NCBI GenBank assembly: GCA_965223795.1
Contig: CBDCXL010000002.1
Span: 2,880,001-2,944,000, forward strand
Direction of reading: 5' to 3'
DNA length: 64,000 bases
From: Nitrospinales bacterium
GTDB taxonomy: Bacteria > Nitrospinota > Nitrospinia > Nitrospinales > VA-1
The notes under the pieces were generated by a model. It was not told where the DNA came from. It saw only the letters and a program-made list of their open reading frames with translations, and ran no database searches. The position numbers were made by a program, and so were the translations under genes. Below are positions 8,390 through 18,554 of this stretch, in pieces; positions within the stretch are counted from its first letter, which is position 1; the number at the start of each line of letters is the position of its first letter.

Positions 8390-9514
8390 ATGTCGTCTCC
8401 TGAAATTCCGGAAAAACTCAAAATCGCCCTGGTGTGCGACTGGTTCCTGCCGCAGATGGGCGGGGTGGAGATGCACCTGGGGGATCTGGCTCCACGGCTC
8501 GCGCGGATGGGCCACGACGTGCACGTGATCACGCCCATTCCCGGCCCGGATTCGGGCGACGGCTACCGCGTGCACCGGCTGGATGCGCCGCTGTTCCCCA
8601 AATTCCGCTTCGTCTGGACGCCTTCTGCGTTTCGCGCCATCGAGGGTATCTTGCAAAAGGAGCGATTCGATGTGGTGCACTGCCACGGCAACATCTTCTC
8701 GCCCACCGCTTACGGGACCTTGTACCTGGCGCAAAAACGGGGGATTCCGGCGCTCATCACCTGGGCCTCGATCCTCGGGCCCTACCGGTGGGCGCTCAAA
8801 CTGCTGGATGTTGTATTTCGCTGGTCGCAATGGCCGGTGCTGTTTTCCGCTGTGAGTGACGTCGTGGCCCGCGGCGTGCGCACGCTGGTGGATACGGTGC
8901 ACTGGCTGCCCAACGGGCTGGACGTTTCCGCCTGGCGCGTGGAGCCGGAGCCGAAGCCCACAGGAGAGATCCGGCTGATCTCGGTGATGCGGCTGTACCG
9001 CAAAAAGCGCGCCAAGGCGCTGGTGCGCATGGTGCCGGAAATCGTAAAGGCGATGCCTGTGGGCCAGCGTCTCCGGCTCACGATCGTGGGCGAGGGGCCG
9101 GACCGTGAGGACCTGGAACGTCTGATCGGACAACTCGATCTGAAGGACACGGTGGAACTCACCGGCCACAAGGAACGGAGCGAGTTCCTAAAACTGTTTG
9201 CCGGGTCGGACATCTACGTGCAGCCGACCATCTGGGAGTCGTTCGGGCTGGCGGCGCTGGAAGCGCGCTGCGCGGGCCTGCCGGTGGTGGCGAGAACGCA
9301 GGGCGGCGTGCCGGAGTTTGTGGGGGAGGGCGGGTTGTACGGCAAAAACGACGCGGAGGTGCAGGCGCATATCCTGCGGCTCATCGAAGATGTATCGCTC
9401 AGGGAGTCCATCGCGCGGCGCAACCGGGAAACGGCGCCGCCGCTGGATTGGAGCGTGGTGCTCGACAGGCACATCGAGCTTTACCGGATGGCGATTGAGA
9501 AAGTGCGGGGATGA
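8390..9514 (+). CDS. Glycosyltransferase family 4 (PIG-A/PimA-like)
   Basis: KIALVCDWFLPQMGGVEMHL, FDVVHCH, PNGLD, ESFGLAALEARCAGLPVV; ATG at 8390. Confidence 0.9.
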   Translation: MSSPEIPEKLKIALVCDWFLPQMGGVEMHLGDLAPRLARMGHDVHVITPIPGPDSGDGYRVHRLDAPLFPKFRFVWTPSAFRAIEGILQKERFDVVHCHGNIFSPTAYGTLYLAQKRGIPALITWASILGPYRWALKLLDVVFRWSQWPVLFSAVSDVVARGVRTLVDTVHWLPNGLDVSAWRVEPEPKPTGEIRLISVMRLYRKKRAKALVRMVPEIVKAMPVGQRLRLTIVGEGPDREDLERLIGQLDLKDTVELTGHKERSEFLKLFAGSDIYVQPTIWESFGLAALEARCAGLPVVARTQGGVPEFVGEGGLYGKNDAEVQAHILRLIEDVSLRESIARRNRETAPPLDWSVVLDRHIELYRMAIEKVRG

Positions 9515-9520
9515 ACCCGT

Positions 9521-10510
9521 TCACTCCGCAGGGGTGGTGGCCGGGACCGGGGCGGGGTAGAAGTTGCGGAACAGCAGGATGCCGTAGCCGACGACGAATT
9601 TGGGAAGCAGATACAGAATGTGCTGAAACAGCGCCAGCCCGAGGGACAGTTCCGGCGACAGGCCGAGGAACTGGTAGATGAAAAACACCGTCGCCTCGTA
9701 GATCCCCAGGTTTCCGGGCGAGACAGGCACCATGGTGGCGAGGCTGACACCGGCCATGACGAACAATGCGGTCCAGATCGGCAGGTCGAGCCCGAAACTC
9801 TTCTGCACGCAGTAGACCAGGCCCACTTCGCCGCCTTTCATCAAGAGGGCCAGCAGCAGGCCGACCGCGAACACCTTCCAGCTTCGAAGCGCTTCCAGGT
9901 GGTGGCCCCAGCGGGAGATGAAATGCCAGAGTTTTTTCCAGCGCGGGCTGGAATGACTGCGCATGAACCGTTTGAGTTGCCGGTAGCGGAAGGCGCAGAA
10001 GAACAGCAGCGTGGTGAACAGGAAGATCACGGCGCAGGCGGCGAGGATGCCGGTTTTCATCCAGCCGGGCAGCGGCGTGAACGCCGCCACCAGGATGAAC
10101 AGGCTGAGCTTGGCGAAGCCTTCGGCCAGTTGATCGAGCGCCATCACCGAAAGCGCGACCGGGGTTCCGGTCTTTTCCCGCTTGGCCAAAAGGACGATGC
10201 CCAGGGCGTGCCCGGCCAGAAAGGGCAACGTGTTCGCGGTCATGGCGATGAGCGCGTTGATCTCCAGCATGCGGCCGAAGTGGACGTGGTAGCCCTTGGG
10301 CAGAAACACACGCCATTGCAGCGCCCAGAACCCCAGCACGGACAGATCGGCCAGCGCCGCCAGCAGCAGCCAGCCCCCGTGCACGCTGGTCCACTCCGTC
10401 AGCGCCTTGTCCCAGTCGATCTGCCGCACGCAGAAGTAGATCGCCGCCGTGGCGATCACCCAGGCGAGGACCCAGAGCCATTTTTTGTGCGGGTGCTGAA
10501 AGAGCGACAT
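9521..10510 (-). CDS. Lysylphosphatidylglycerol synthase TM-domain / flippase-like (UPF0104) membrane protein
   Basis: Multi-TM; ANTLPF.AG, PVSPGNLGIYEA. Confidence 0.85.
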   Translation of the reverse strand: MSLFQHPHKKWLWVLAWVIATAAIYFCVRQIDWDKALTEWTSVHGGWLLLAALADLSVLGFWALQWRVFLPKGYHVHFGRMLEINALIAMTANTLPFLAGHALGIVLLAKREKTGTPVALSVMALDQLAEGFAKLSLFILVAAFTPLPGWMKTGILAACAVIFLFTTLLFFCAFRYRQLKRFMRSHSSPRWKKLWHFISRWGHHLEALRSWKVFAVGLLLALLMKGGEVGLVYCVQKSFGLDLPIWTALFVMAGVSLATMVPVSPGNLGIYEATVFFIYQFLGLSPELSLGLALFQHILYLLPKFVVGYGILLFRNFYPAPVPATTPAE

Positions 10511-10547
10511 GTTCTGTGAGTTGAGGGTTTGAGTCCGTGTCCGGCGG

Positions 10548-11267
10548 TCAGGCGGCCAGGGAAGGTTGGGGATGCAGTTCGTTCATTCTCACAAAGGTGA
10601 ATTTTTTTCTTTTGAGCTGCCTGAGCACGCTGCGCACGCATTCGACGGCGGTCTCGCCGGTCTTGAAGCGGCAGTCGTAGCGCAGGTTTTCACGGGTCAG
10701 GTCGACGAATTCCCACGGATGCACGTACAGCACCAGAGGCGACGCCAGCGCCGTGAGATAAGGCGTGCGGATCCAGTGCGGCAGCCTGAGCGCCGATGAG
10801 GTGAGGGACACCGGAATCCGCGTGAGCCCGGAGGACGCCGGGGATTTTTTATAATACGAAAGTTTGTACTTCGCCTGCGAGGAGTCGAGCAGAAACCCCG
10901 AATCTTCCAGCAGATGCAGATACGTGTCCGGGAATTGCAGATAGGGCGCGCGAAACGAGGTCACGGGCGCGAACTCACGCAGGATTTCGGCGGAAGTGCG
11001 GATGTCCTCGCGGGCGGCGTTCTCGTCCATCGTCATGAAATCCCTGTGGGCGTGGCCGTGGCTTGCGAGTTCGTGGCCCTCGGCGACGATCTTTTGCACG
11101 CATTCGGGATAATCGCGGGCGATCTGGCCGGTGGTGAAGAAGGTGGCCGGCACCTTTTCCTGGCGCAGCAGCCGGAGCAGCGGGTCCATGCCTTCCTCGA
11201 TGCCGCGGAACGTTCCCATGTAGGGAAGGCAGTCCGGTTCCACGTCGATGGTGAAGCAGGCTTTCAT
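10548..11267 (-). CDS. Polysaccharide deacetylase (NodB/CE4) family
   Basis: FTIDVE, ATFFTTG, HELASHGHAH, SFRAPY, YVHPWE; ATG at 11267. Confidence 0.9.
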   Translation of the reverse strand: MKACFTIDVEPDCLPYMGTFRGIEEGMDPLLRLLRQEKVPATFFTTGQIARDYPECVQKIVAEGHELASHGHAHRDFMTMDENAAREDIRTSAEILREFAPVTSFRAPYLQFPDTYLHLLEDSGFLLDSSQAKYKLSYYKKSPASSGLTRIPVSLTSSALRLPHWIRTPYLTALASPLVLYVHPWEFVDLTRENLRYDCRFKTGETAVECVRSVLRQLKRKKFTFVRMNELHPQPSLAA

Positions 11268-11499
11268 GATGTCGCTCCCTCGGATTGATTCCCGGATAGA
11301 GGCGGGACCGGTTTCGGGCGCCGGGCTGGCGGTTCGGGACCGGGCGGTCCGGGCCGCACGGCCCAATTACTATAGCATTGTTTCACGTTTGCATCCACAT
11401 CCACGGCGGGCGCAACTTCCAGCGGCGGCGAAGCCCGGGATCTGTTAAGATTCAGGCCGTTTGCCAGCGGTTCGCTGGCTCAGTCCAGGTCCTTATCCG

Positions 11500-13116
11500 A
11501 TGCTTTCTGCAAGACAGTTCGGCGTTGCTTTTCTTGCCATTGCGGCCGTCGTGGCGTATTTCCTCCGGGTCTCGGAAAACAAGCTCGGCATCCGGGTGCT
11601 GGACGGCTATCTGACGTTTTACGCCTTGAGCCTGTTTGGCGCGTGGGGCGTTCTCGGGCGGCCGTGGACCCTCAGCGCGGCGAGGAAAAACCGTCCGTGG
11701 CTGCGCTGGCTTGAGCGGCTTTCGGCGCGATCGCTGCACATCGTGGGTGCGCTGTCGCTCGCGTTTTTCATCGTCTGGACGCTTTTGTTTTTATTGAAGC
11801 ACCACTCCTTCAACACGGACATCATCGATTCGGGCGTTTACAGCAATGTGGTGTTCAACTCGAGCGAAGGGCGGTGGTTCCATTCCTCCCATTACGGCTA
11901 CCACTCGCTGGGGGAGCATTTTTCGCCGATCGTCCTGATCTTCGTGCCGCTGTTCTGGATCGAACCCAGCCTGCTGTGGATGATCGTGGCGCAGGCGGCG
12001 GCGCTCGCGGTCTGCCCGGTGATCCTTTTTTTCATCCTGCGCGAATGCGTTCCCGGCCCGAAGACGGCCGGTATTTTCGCGATGTTCGCGGCGCTGTTGT
12101 GGATTGCGTTCCCGGCGCTGCTCAACGCGCTGGGCGGTTTTCATCCCTCGACGCTGGCGCCGCCGTTCATCCTGCTGGCCTTTCTGTTTCTGCTGCGCGA
12201 GCGCTGGCTTTGGTTCTGGGCCACGATGGCGTTTCTGCTTCTGTTTAAGGAGAATCTGTCACTGGTGTGGATCGCCTTCGGCCTGTACGCGCTCCTGATC
12301 CCGAAATGCCTGCGGCTGGGGGCGGCGCTTCTGATTCTCGGCGCGCTGTGGGGCATCGCGGTGACCAAAGGCATCATCCCGTATTTCCGGGGCGGCGGCT
12401 GGGAGCATCCGGGACGGCTGGGGCCCACGGCGTTTCCTCTGCTCAAGCTCAAATACCTGGCCCTGTACGTGTTTCTGCCTATCTGGTTTCTGCCGCTTGC
12501 GGACTGGCGCACGCTGCCGATGGTCACGCCGCCGCTGGCGCTGAACCTCGCGGTGAAGTACAAAAACCAGTTTCTCGGCATCTATCATTACGACGACATC
12601 GTGGTGCCGCTTTTGTTTCTCGCGGCGGTGTATGGAGTTTTGCGGCTTAAGGAAAAAAAGTTCTGGCAGCGGTTGTGGCGGTTCCAGGCGCGGTTCGTGA
12701 TCGGGTGGCTGCTCATTCCCGTTGGCTTCGCGGCCGCGTACCCGCTTGTGCATGCGGTGATGTTTTTTCCCGGCGAGACGCAGCGGGCGGTCGCGCGCGA
12801 GGTGGCCGCGGTCGATGAACGCTGGCCCAAGCGCAAGATCCACATGCAGTACGCGCTGGGAGCGCACCTGAACCTGCGGCCCGAATCCCAGCCGCTGAAG
12901 GGGGACTTCAGGGACTGGAAATTCGCGCCCGGCGACCTGATCGTTCTGGCGCCGGAGCTGAAATCGTTCCGCACGGCGCGCTATTGGGAAATAGAGGATT
13001 ATGCCGGCGCGCTGCAATTTTTCGCGGACCGGGCCGGAAAACGCTTTAAAAGAATTGATTCCGGGTTTCGTTTCCTTATAATTTACGAGGCTTTGCCGGA
13101 CCGTGGCCCGGCTTGA
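11500..13116 (+). CDS. DUF2079 membrane protein (GT-C-like)
   Basis: DSGVY, LGEHFSPI, FHP, LLFKE, YHY; many TM helices. Confidence 0.8.
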   Translation: MLSARQFGVAFLAIAAVVAYFLRVSENKLGIRVLDGYLTFYALSLFGAWGVLGRPWTLSAARKNRPWLRWLERLSARSLHIVGALSLAFFIVWTLLFLLKHHSFNTDIIDSGVYSNVVFNSSEGRWFHSSHYGYHSLGEHFSPIVLIFVPLFWIEPSLLWMIVAQAAALAVCPVILFFILRECVPGPKTAGIFAMFAALLWIAFPALLNALGGFHPSTLAPPFILLAFLFLLRERWLWFWATMAFLLLFKENLSLVWIAFGLYALLIPKCLRLGAALLILGALWGIAVTKGIIPYFRGGGWEHPGRLGPTAFPLLKLKYLALYVFLPIWFLPLADWRTLPMVTPPLALNLAVKYKNQFLGIYHYDDIVVPLLFLAAVYGVLRLKEKKFWQRLWRFQARFVIGWLLIPVGFAAAYPLVHAVMFFPGETQRAVAREVAAVDERWPKRKIHMQYALGAHLNLRPESQPLKGDFRDWKFAPGDLIVLAPELKSFRTARYWEIEDYAGALQFFADRAGKRFKRIDSGFRFLIIYEALPDRGPA

Positions 13117-13298
13117 GCCGCAAACGAACGCCGCGATGCGCTGCCAGGACGGGGTCCGATAAGAAATCGCACCCAGAATCAATTAGTTGCGGAAAAATTC
13201 CGCAAACTGATTCATAATGGTTGTCGCTGTGTTCGCGCGCGCAAACCTGCGGACGCTCTCTATCTCGAATTCCCTCCCGGACCTGGGGTGACCTGTCT

Positions 13299-15317
13299 AT
13301 GATTTTCAAGCTCTACCACCGGTTGAAACCGCATTTTTTTCACCCCATCGCCCTGACCATCCTGATCGTTATTCTGGCCCGGTTTTTGAGCATCCTGCTG
13401 CATTGTTTCGGCACCGACCCCGGCGGGCACAAAATCGTGGCGTCGTCGTTTCAGACCGCCATCCTGGCCACGTCGCACCACCTGCCGGAGCTGATGCTGA
13501 TCGGGGTGTTCTTCCTGATTTTATGGAAGCTCCTCGTTCCGCTGCGGCCGCTGGTGACGGCGGGCGCGCTTCTGGTGTTCGGCGCGATTCTGCTTTTAGG
13601 GCAGATCGATTTCGGGCTGCTGCGGTTTCTCGGGCAGCGCTTCACGCCGACGATGATGCAGACCTACGTCGGTCCGGAGATGGTGTCCACCCAGCTTTAC
13701 CGGCCGCTGCTCAACGATATCGGCTACGTGGCCGTGAATCTGGGCACCGTGTTCGTGGCCTGGCTGCTGATGGGCTGGAGCGCGGTCGCGCACTGGCGCA
13801 AGCAGAAGGACCACGGGATCTCGAAATCGCTGATCGCGGCGCTCATCGTGAGCGCGGGCATCCTCTACATGCCGGCCTACGCCCTGGCGCACTCCAGGGG
13901 AGAGATCTTCAAGCCGGCCGAGTGGCTGTTCGTGGAATCGCTGTTCAAAAAACAGGAGACCGCCGCTCCCAAAGACATGCAGGCGGCGCGCGCCGACCTG
14001 CGCTCCGTCATTGACAGCGGCGGCGCCTATCAGTGGTCCGACCCCGGCTACCCGCTGATGAAACGCGCGCCGCAAGCCCGGCCGGTTTCCGTCAAATCCG
14101 GCCGCAAACTGCCGAACATCATCTTTTTCGTGGTGGAATCGCTGCGCGGGCGGGACGTCGGCTACGGGGAGCACCGCAAGGAAAAAAGCCACACCCCGCG
14201 CCTCGATCAACTGGCGAAAGAGTCGGTGGTGTTTCCCCGCTACATCGCCAACGGCAGTCCGAGCACGCGGGCGTTTTTTGCGATCAACACGTCCGTCCTG
14301 CCGCACCGGGAAAAATTCGTCATCTCCAGCTTCATGGACCTCAACGTGGACGCGCTGCCCAAGCGGCTGAAGGATTTCGGCTACGCGACGTTCGCGCTGT
14401 GGGGCTCGAATCCGAGTTTCGACAATCAGCTCGACTGGGGGCGGCGCTGGTACGACCATCTCGATTTCGAGCTGCCGGAAAACCAGGTTCTGATCACCAA
14501 GCGGATCAGCGACGAGCTCATCATGGACCGGCTGCTCCATCAGATCGACGCGCACGACGCCAAGCAGACCGGACAGCCGTTTTTCGCTTACGTCGCCACC
14601 ACGGGAACGCATTATCCGTACACCAAGGAGGATTCGTATTACGTTCCGCTGTCGGCGATGGGGGACGCCAGCGAAGTGAGCACCGGCGGCATCGAGGATG
14701 TGCAGGAGCGTTACAACATCACGCTGAAAAACCTGGACTATCACATCGGCCGGGTGCTGGACGCGCTCAAGCGCACCGGCAAGCTGGAGAACACGCTCAT
14801 CGTGGTGGTCGGGGATCACGCGGACAACACCGATGAAAGGGTGCCGCCGGGCCTGCGCGGCATGCCGGTGGACTACCGCGTGTGGACGTCGGCGCTGATC
14901 TACGGACCCGAGTGGCTGATCGGCAAACCCAGGGTCGAGACCTTTCCGGCCAGCCATGTGGACCTGATGCCGACCGTCCTCAATCTGATCGGCGATACGC
15001 GCACCAATGCGTCGATGGGGATGGACCTGTTCGCGGACATTCCGCATTCGAAACGGCAGGCGGTGGCCATCCGGGAAACCGGATTCAGGGTCGACAAGGG
15101 CGGCTATTCCCTGTTCGTGCGCACGGGAGATCCTTCTGCATTTTGGGTCTCCAAATCCTTCGAGTGGGAAGGCTCGTTTTCCACATCTTTGGAAGGCACG
15201 CCGTTTTCACCCGACGAACCCGGTCAGTGGAACGACCGGATTCATTTTCTTTCCTACCTGATCGAGAACAACCTCATCTGGAGCGAGCGCAAATTCCAGA
15301 AGGCGCAAAGCGGGTGA
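13299..15317 (+). CDS. LTA-synthase / sulfatase-family membrane phosphotransferase
   Basis: 5 N-terminal TMs; PNIIFFVVESLRG, TPRLDQLA, THYPY, NTLIVVVGDH, SHVDLMPT. Confidence 0.87.
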   Translation: MIFKLYHRLKPHFFHPIALTILIVILARFLSILLHCFGTDPGGHKIVASSFQTAILATSHHLPELMLIGVFFLILWKLLVPLRPLVTAGALLVFGAILLLGQIDFGLLRFLGQRFTPTMMQTYVGPEMVSTQLYRPLLNDIGYVAVNLGTVFVAWLLMGWSAVAHWRKQKDHGISKSLIAALIVSAGILYMPAYALAHSRGEIFKPAEWLFVESLFKKQETAAPKDMQAARADLRSVIDSGGAYQWSDPGYPLMKRAPQARPVSVKSGRKLPNIIFFVVESLRGRDVGYGEHRKEKSHTPRLDQLAKESVVFPRYIANGSPSTRAFFAINTSVLPHREKFVISSFMDLNVDALPKRLKDFGYATFALWGSNPSFDNQLDWGRRWYDHLDFELPENQVLITKRISDELIMDRLLHQIDAHDAKQTGQPFFAYVATTGTHYPYTKEDSYYVPLSAMGDASEVSTGGIEDVQERYNITLKNLDYHIGRVLDALKRTGKLENTLIVVVGDHADNTDERVPPGLRGMPVDYRVWTSALIYGPEWLIGKPRVETFPASHVDLMPTVLNLIGDTRTNASMGMDLFADIPHSKRQAVAIRETGFRVDKGGYSLFVRTGDPSAFWVSKSFEWEGSFSTSLEGTPFSPDEPGQWNDRIHFLSYLIENNLIWSERKFQKAQSG

Positions 15318-15351
15318 GTGTCTTTGATTCGAGAGGCAACGGCCGCAGCGT

Positions 15352-16083
15352 TCAGTTGAATGGAGGCAGCGTTTTGCGATCCATTTCCCGGGCGGTGAGA
15401 TGCATTCTCTGCTCGATGCGCTGCCGCTTGCGGTCCGCGATGGAGACGGCGTGCGCGTCGTTTTTTTCCTTCCCGAGTTTTGAGGCGACCGCCACTTCCT
15501 CAAGGGCTTTGTCCCATTCCTGCAGGCGCTCGTAGACGCTGATGAGGTTGAGGTGCGCCTGAACGTGCTCCGGCTCGATGGCGATCGTTTTGCGGTAATA
15601 TTCGGCGGATTCGGCGAGCTTCTGGGCGTACCAGTATTCCAGCGCGATTTTGAAATGCAGCCCGGCATCGTCGGGGCGGGTTTGCGTGGCGAGGATGTAT
15701 TGCTCGGCGGCGGCCTCATTCTGGTTCATTTTGCCCAGCACCTCGGCGAGGCCGAGGCGGGCGTCGAGATGGCCCGCGTCGAGCTTGAGGGTTTTTTCGT
15801 ACGCGGCGACGGCTTCCTTGCGCTTGTCCCATTCCGCGTACACCGCGCCCAGGCGGTGGTGCGCGCCGGTGTGATCCGGATGTTTCTGCAAAACCCGGTT
15901 CAGCATATCGACCGCTTCCTGAAGCGCCCCGACTTCCTGCTCCTCCTTCGCCCGCTGCACCCAGTAGTCCGGATCTTCGGGTTCGCCCGTTTTGGCGCTG
16001 TCGGTGTCCGCACCGGTGCCGCATCCCAGGAAAAGCAGGGCGGTGAGGGTGAAAATGATCAGGTATCGAGGATACGCGGTCAC
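15352..16083 (-). CDS. TPR-repeat lipoprotein
   Basis: Lipobox LFLGC; several 34-aa TPR units (e.g. PDHTGAHHRLGAVY, PEHVQAHLNL). Confidence 0.85.
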   Translation of the reverse strand: MTAYPRYLIIFTLTALLFLGCGTGADTDSAKTGEPEDPDYWVQRAKEEQEVGALQEAVDMLNRVLQKHPDHTGAHHRLGAVYAEWDKRKEAVAAYEKTLKLDAGHLDARLGLAEVLGKMNQNEAAAEQYILATQTRPDDAGLHFKIALEYWYAQKLAESAEYYRKTIAIEPEHVQAHLNLISVYERLQEWDKALEEVAVASKLGKEKNDAHAVSIADRKRQRIEQRMHLTAREMDRKTLPPFN

Positions 16084-16273
16084 GGTCGTTCTCCGGGGCG
16101 GGACGCCGCGTGAAAATCACGGACACACCGCCGGTTGTGAAAGCATCAAGGGTACCGCAAATTCTTTGAGATTATAATAAAAAGAGCGGGCAGTACTGAA
16201 AACGCATTCGGCGCCCGGATACCGCGGGGATACCTCTGCATAAGCCGTTTGGCAAAATAAAATCGTACATTTT

Positions 16274-16352
16274 GTCACCCTGAGCCCTTCGGCAAGCTCA
16301 GGACAGGCTTGTCGAAGGGTGCCGTTGAATGCTTCGACAGACTCAGCATGAC
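16274..16352. repeat. Nested REP-like palindromic element
   Basis: GTCACCCTGAG...GTCGAAG pairs imperfectly with CTTCGACAGACTCAGCATGAC; internal hairpin CCCTTCGGCAAGC-9nt-GCTTGTCGAAGGG (16285-16319). Confidence 0.65.
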
Positions 16353-16395
16353 GAATTAAATGACTCATGCCATGGTCTCTAAGGAGCCGGGCTTT

Positions 16396-16842
16396 ATGGA
16401 TAAAGATCAGGTGCTGGCGGACATCGACCGGGTGTTCGGGGATCTGCCCCGGCCCGAGCCGCTGTGCCGCAACCCCAATCATTGCTGCGAGTGCGCCGAG
16501 CACGAAGAGGTGCTGCAGTCGGTGACGCCGCAGACGATCGGACTCGAACAGGTCGGCAGCCCGGCCTGGGACCCGATCTGCTATGTCTCCGACGCGGGGT
16601 TCCGTTATTTCATGCCGGGGCTGTCTCGGCTGGCGCTCGGCTCCGGCGACGCGTATTATCTGGATCAGTTTCTGTTCCACCTCGACTCCGGCCGTGTGGA
16701 TATCCTGAACGAGGAGGAAAAAAAGGCGGTCGCACAGCTTTTGGACCATGTGCTGGAGGCGATGTGCGATGAAGTGGATCGCAATATGAATCTCAACGAT
16801 CTGGGGCGTGTGATCGACAAGCTGGCGGGAACGTGGGCCTGA
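16396..16842 (+). CDS. Hypothetical protein with Cys/His cluster
   Basis: AAGGAG RBS before ATG 16396; CRNPNHCCECAEH, WDP, FRYFMP. Confidence 0.65.
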   Translation: MDKDQVLADIDRVFGDLPRPEPLCRNPNHCCECAEHEEVLQSVTPQTIGLEQVGSPAWDPICYVSDAGFRYFMPGLSRLALGSGDAYYLDQFLFHLDSGRVDILNEEEKKAVAQLLDHVLEAMCDEVDRNMNLNDLGRVIDKLAGTWA

Positions 16843-16966
16843 TCGTCCCGATTTGCGGCCGGGTGGCTTCGCTCCGGTGTTTTTATTATAATGCGGCGGT
16901 TTTTACGGACCGGGGTCCTGCCTTTGCGCTCATGGTCCACGACGATGCCAACCCGCTGCCGGCCTG

Positions 16967-18535
16967 TTGAGCGTGCCTTTCCCACCGAATCCCGAATCTC
17001 AGCCGCACGATTCCGCAGCTTCGTCCGCAGGATGGCCGCGCCGGCTTTTGATGCTGGCTGCGGCGGCCAGCGCGATCAACCTGATCGGTCTCTGGATCTG
17101 GTTTCACCCGCAGTCGATCTCCCTCGGCGCCACCGGCGGCGTGTGGACGGCGCTGGCCTACGATTATTCCCAGGGCATCCTGTACCGCCCGCTGTTCGAT
17201 GCGGCGGGATACGGCGGCACGCGCTACCTGTTTCTGTTTTTCATGCTGCACGGGTTCTTGATCCGCGTGTTCCACGACCCGGTGCTCACGGGTTTTGCGC
17301 TGGTTTCCGTGTTCGCGGTTTCCTGGAATCTCGGCCTGTACTTTCTGCAGCGCCTGCCGGGCGTTGCGTGGCGAACCGCGATGGCGTTTTCCCTGATTGC
17401 GGCGGCGCCCATTTCGTACCAGGTGTTGACGCTGGAAATCATGGGCGAGTTCCTTGCCGGTGCGCTCGGTGTCTGGGGGCTTTATTTCGGCTGGCTGTAC
17501 CTCCACCGGGGCGGCCGCGCGCTTTGGATCGCAGGCTGTGTCTGTTTCGCGGGCGCGTTTTTGACCAAGTTCAGCGCGGTGGCGGCGCTTTTGGCGCTCT
17601 GCCTGTTTTTCGTCAAGCGCCGGCCGGGAGCGGTGCTGCGTCTTTTGGCGGGAACGGCGGCGCTGGTCCTGCTGGCTTTGTGGTGGGCGCAGGCGGCGAG
17701 CGCGGGCCGGATGCTCGAATCGTTCGAGGTGTTCGCGGCCGTTCCCATGCAGTGGGACTACGCCGTGAAGTTTCCGCTGTGGTTCGGCTGGATTTTATTG
17801 CGCGATCCTTTTCTGCTGGCGCTGTTCGGCGGCGCGCTTTTTTTCGTGGTGCGCGGCGGAAGGGCGGGGCTGGGTGATTTTCCCACGGTTTATTTTTGCG
17901 TCGTGCTGCTCGTCACCTGCGTCATCCTGACGTCCCCCGGAACCGACTACAATCATCTTCTGGACCTGATCGGCGCGAGCGTCTGGGTTCTGGCAATGCG
18001 GTTTGAGCGGGCGGAACTCCGCTCACGTCTTTGGATTCCGCTTCTGGGATTCGTTTTCGGAGGGCTGCTGTTCACCTGGATTCCCGGCACGATTTCCGTG
18101 AAGCAGGTGGTGGAGGCGAGGGGCAATCCCCCGCGCGCTGAGATCATGCAGAAGATCGAGGCGCTCAGGCTCAGGCAGGCGCCGGTGCTGAGCGAAAACC
18201 CGCTGATCCCCATTCTGATGGATCGGCGGCCGCGGGTGATGGACCCGTTTTCCGTCCGGCTTCTGGCGCAGGTGCTTCCCGAAGTGCGCGAGGATTTCAC
18301 GAAAAAGATCCGGGAACGTCACTACGGCGCGATTGTGCTGCAGGATTTTTCCGGCGCGCCGGATGACGCGATGATGCAGGCCCTGGAAGATCACAGCTCG
18401 CCGGGGGCGGCGCGTTTTTACGGCGATGTGCATTTCCCGGCCGGGTTTCTTGAACTGCTGCAGGAAAACTACACGCTGGGCGCGGTTCTCAAGCCGCATC
18501 TGTTCTTTTTCCCGAAAGATAGGAAAGTCGGTTGA
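16967..18535 (+). CDS. Multi-TM GT-C-like (ArnT/PMT-type) membrane protein
   Basis: About 11 TMs; YGGTRY loop, LTKFS, SPGTDYNH; periplasmic C-terminal domain. Start codon uncertain. Confidence 0.6.
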   Translation: MSVPFPPNPESQPHDSAASSAGWPRRLLMLAAAASAINLIGLWIWFHPQSISLGATGGVWTALAYDYSQGILYRPLFDAAGYGGTRYLFLFFMLHGFLIRVFHDPVLTGFALVSVFAVSWNLGLYFLQRLPGVAWRTAMAFSLIAAAPISYQVLTLEIMGEFLAGALGVWGLYFGWLYLHRGGRALWIAGCVCFAGAFLTKFSAVAALLALCLFFVKRRPGAVLRLLAGTAALVLLALWWAQAASAGRMLESFEVFAAVPMQWDYAVKFPLWFGWILLRDPFLLALFGGALFFVVRGGRAGLGDFPTVYFCVVLLVTCVILTSPGTDYNHLLDLIGASVWVLAMRFERAELRSRLWIPLLGFVFGGLLFTWIPGTISVKQVVEARGNPPRAEIMQKIEALRLRQAPVLSENPLIPILMDRRPRVMDPFSVRLLAQVLPEVREDFTKKIRERHYGAIVLQDFSGAPDDAMMQALEDHSSPGAARFYGDVHFPAGFLELLQENYTLGAVLKPHLFFFPKDRKVG

Positions 18536-18554
18536 GCGGGGACCTGGAGGCGGG

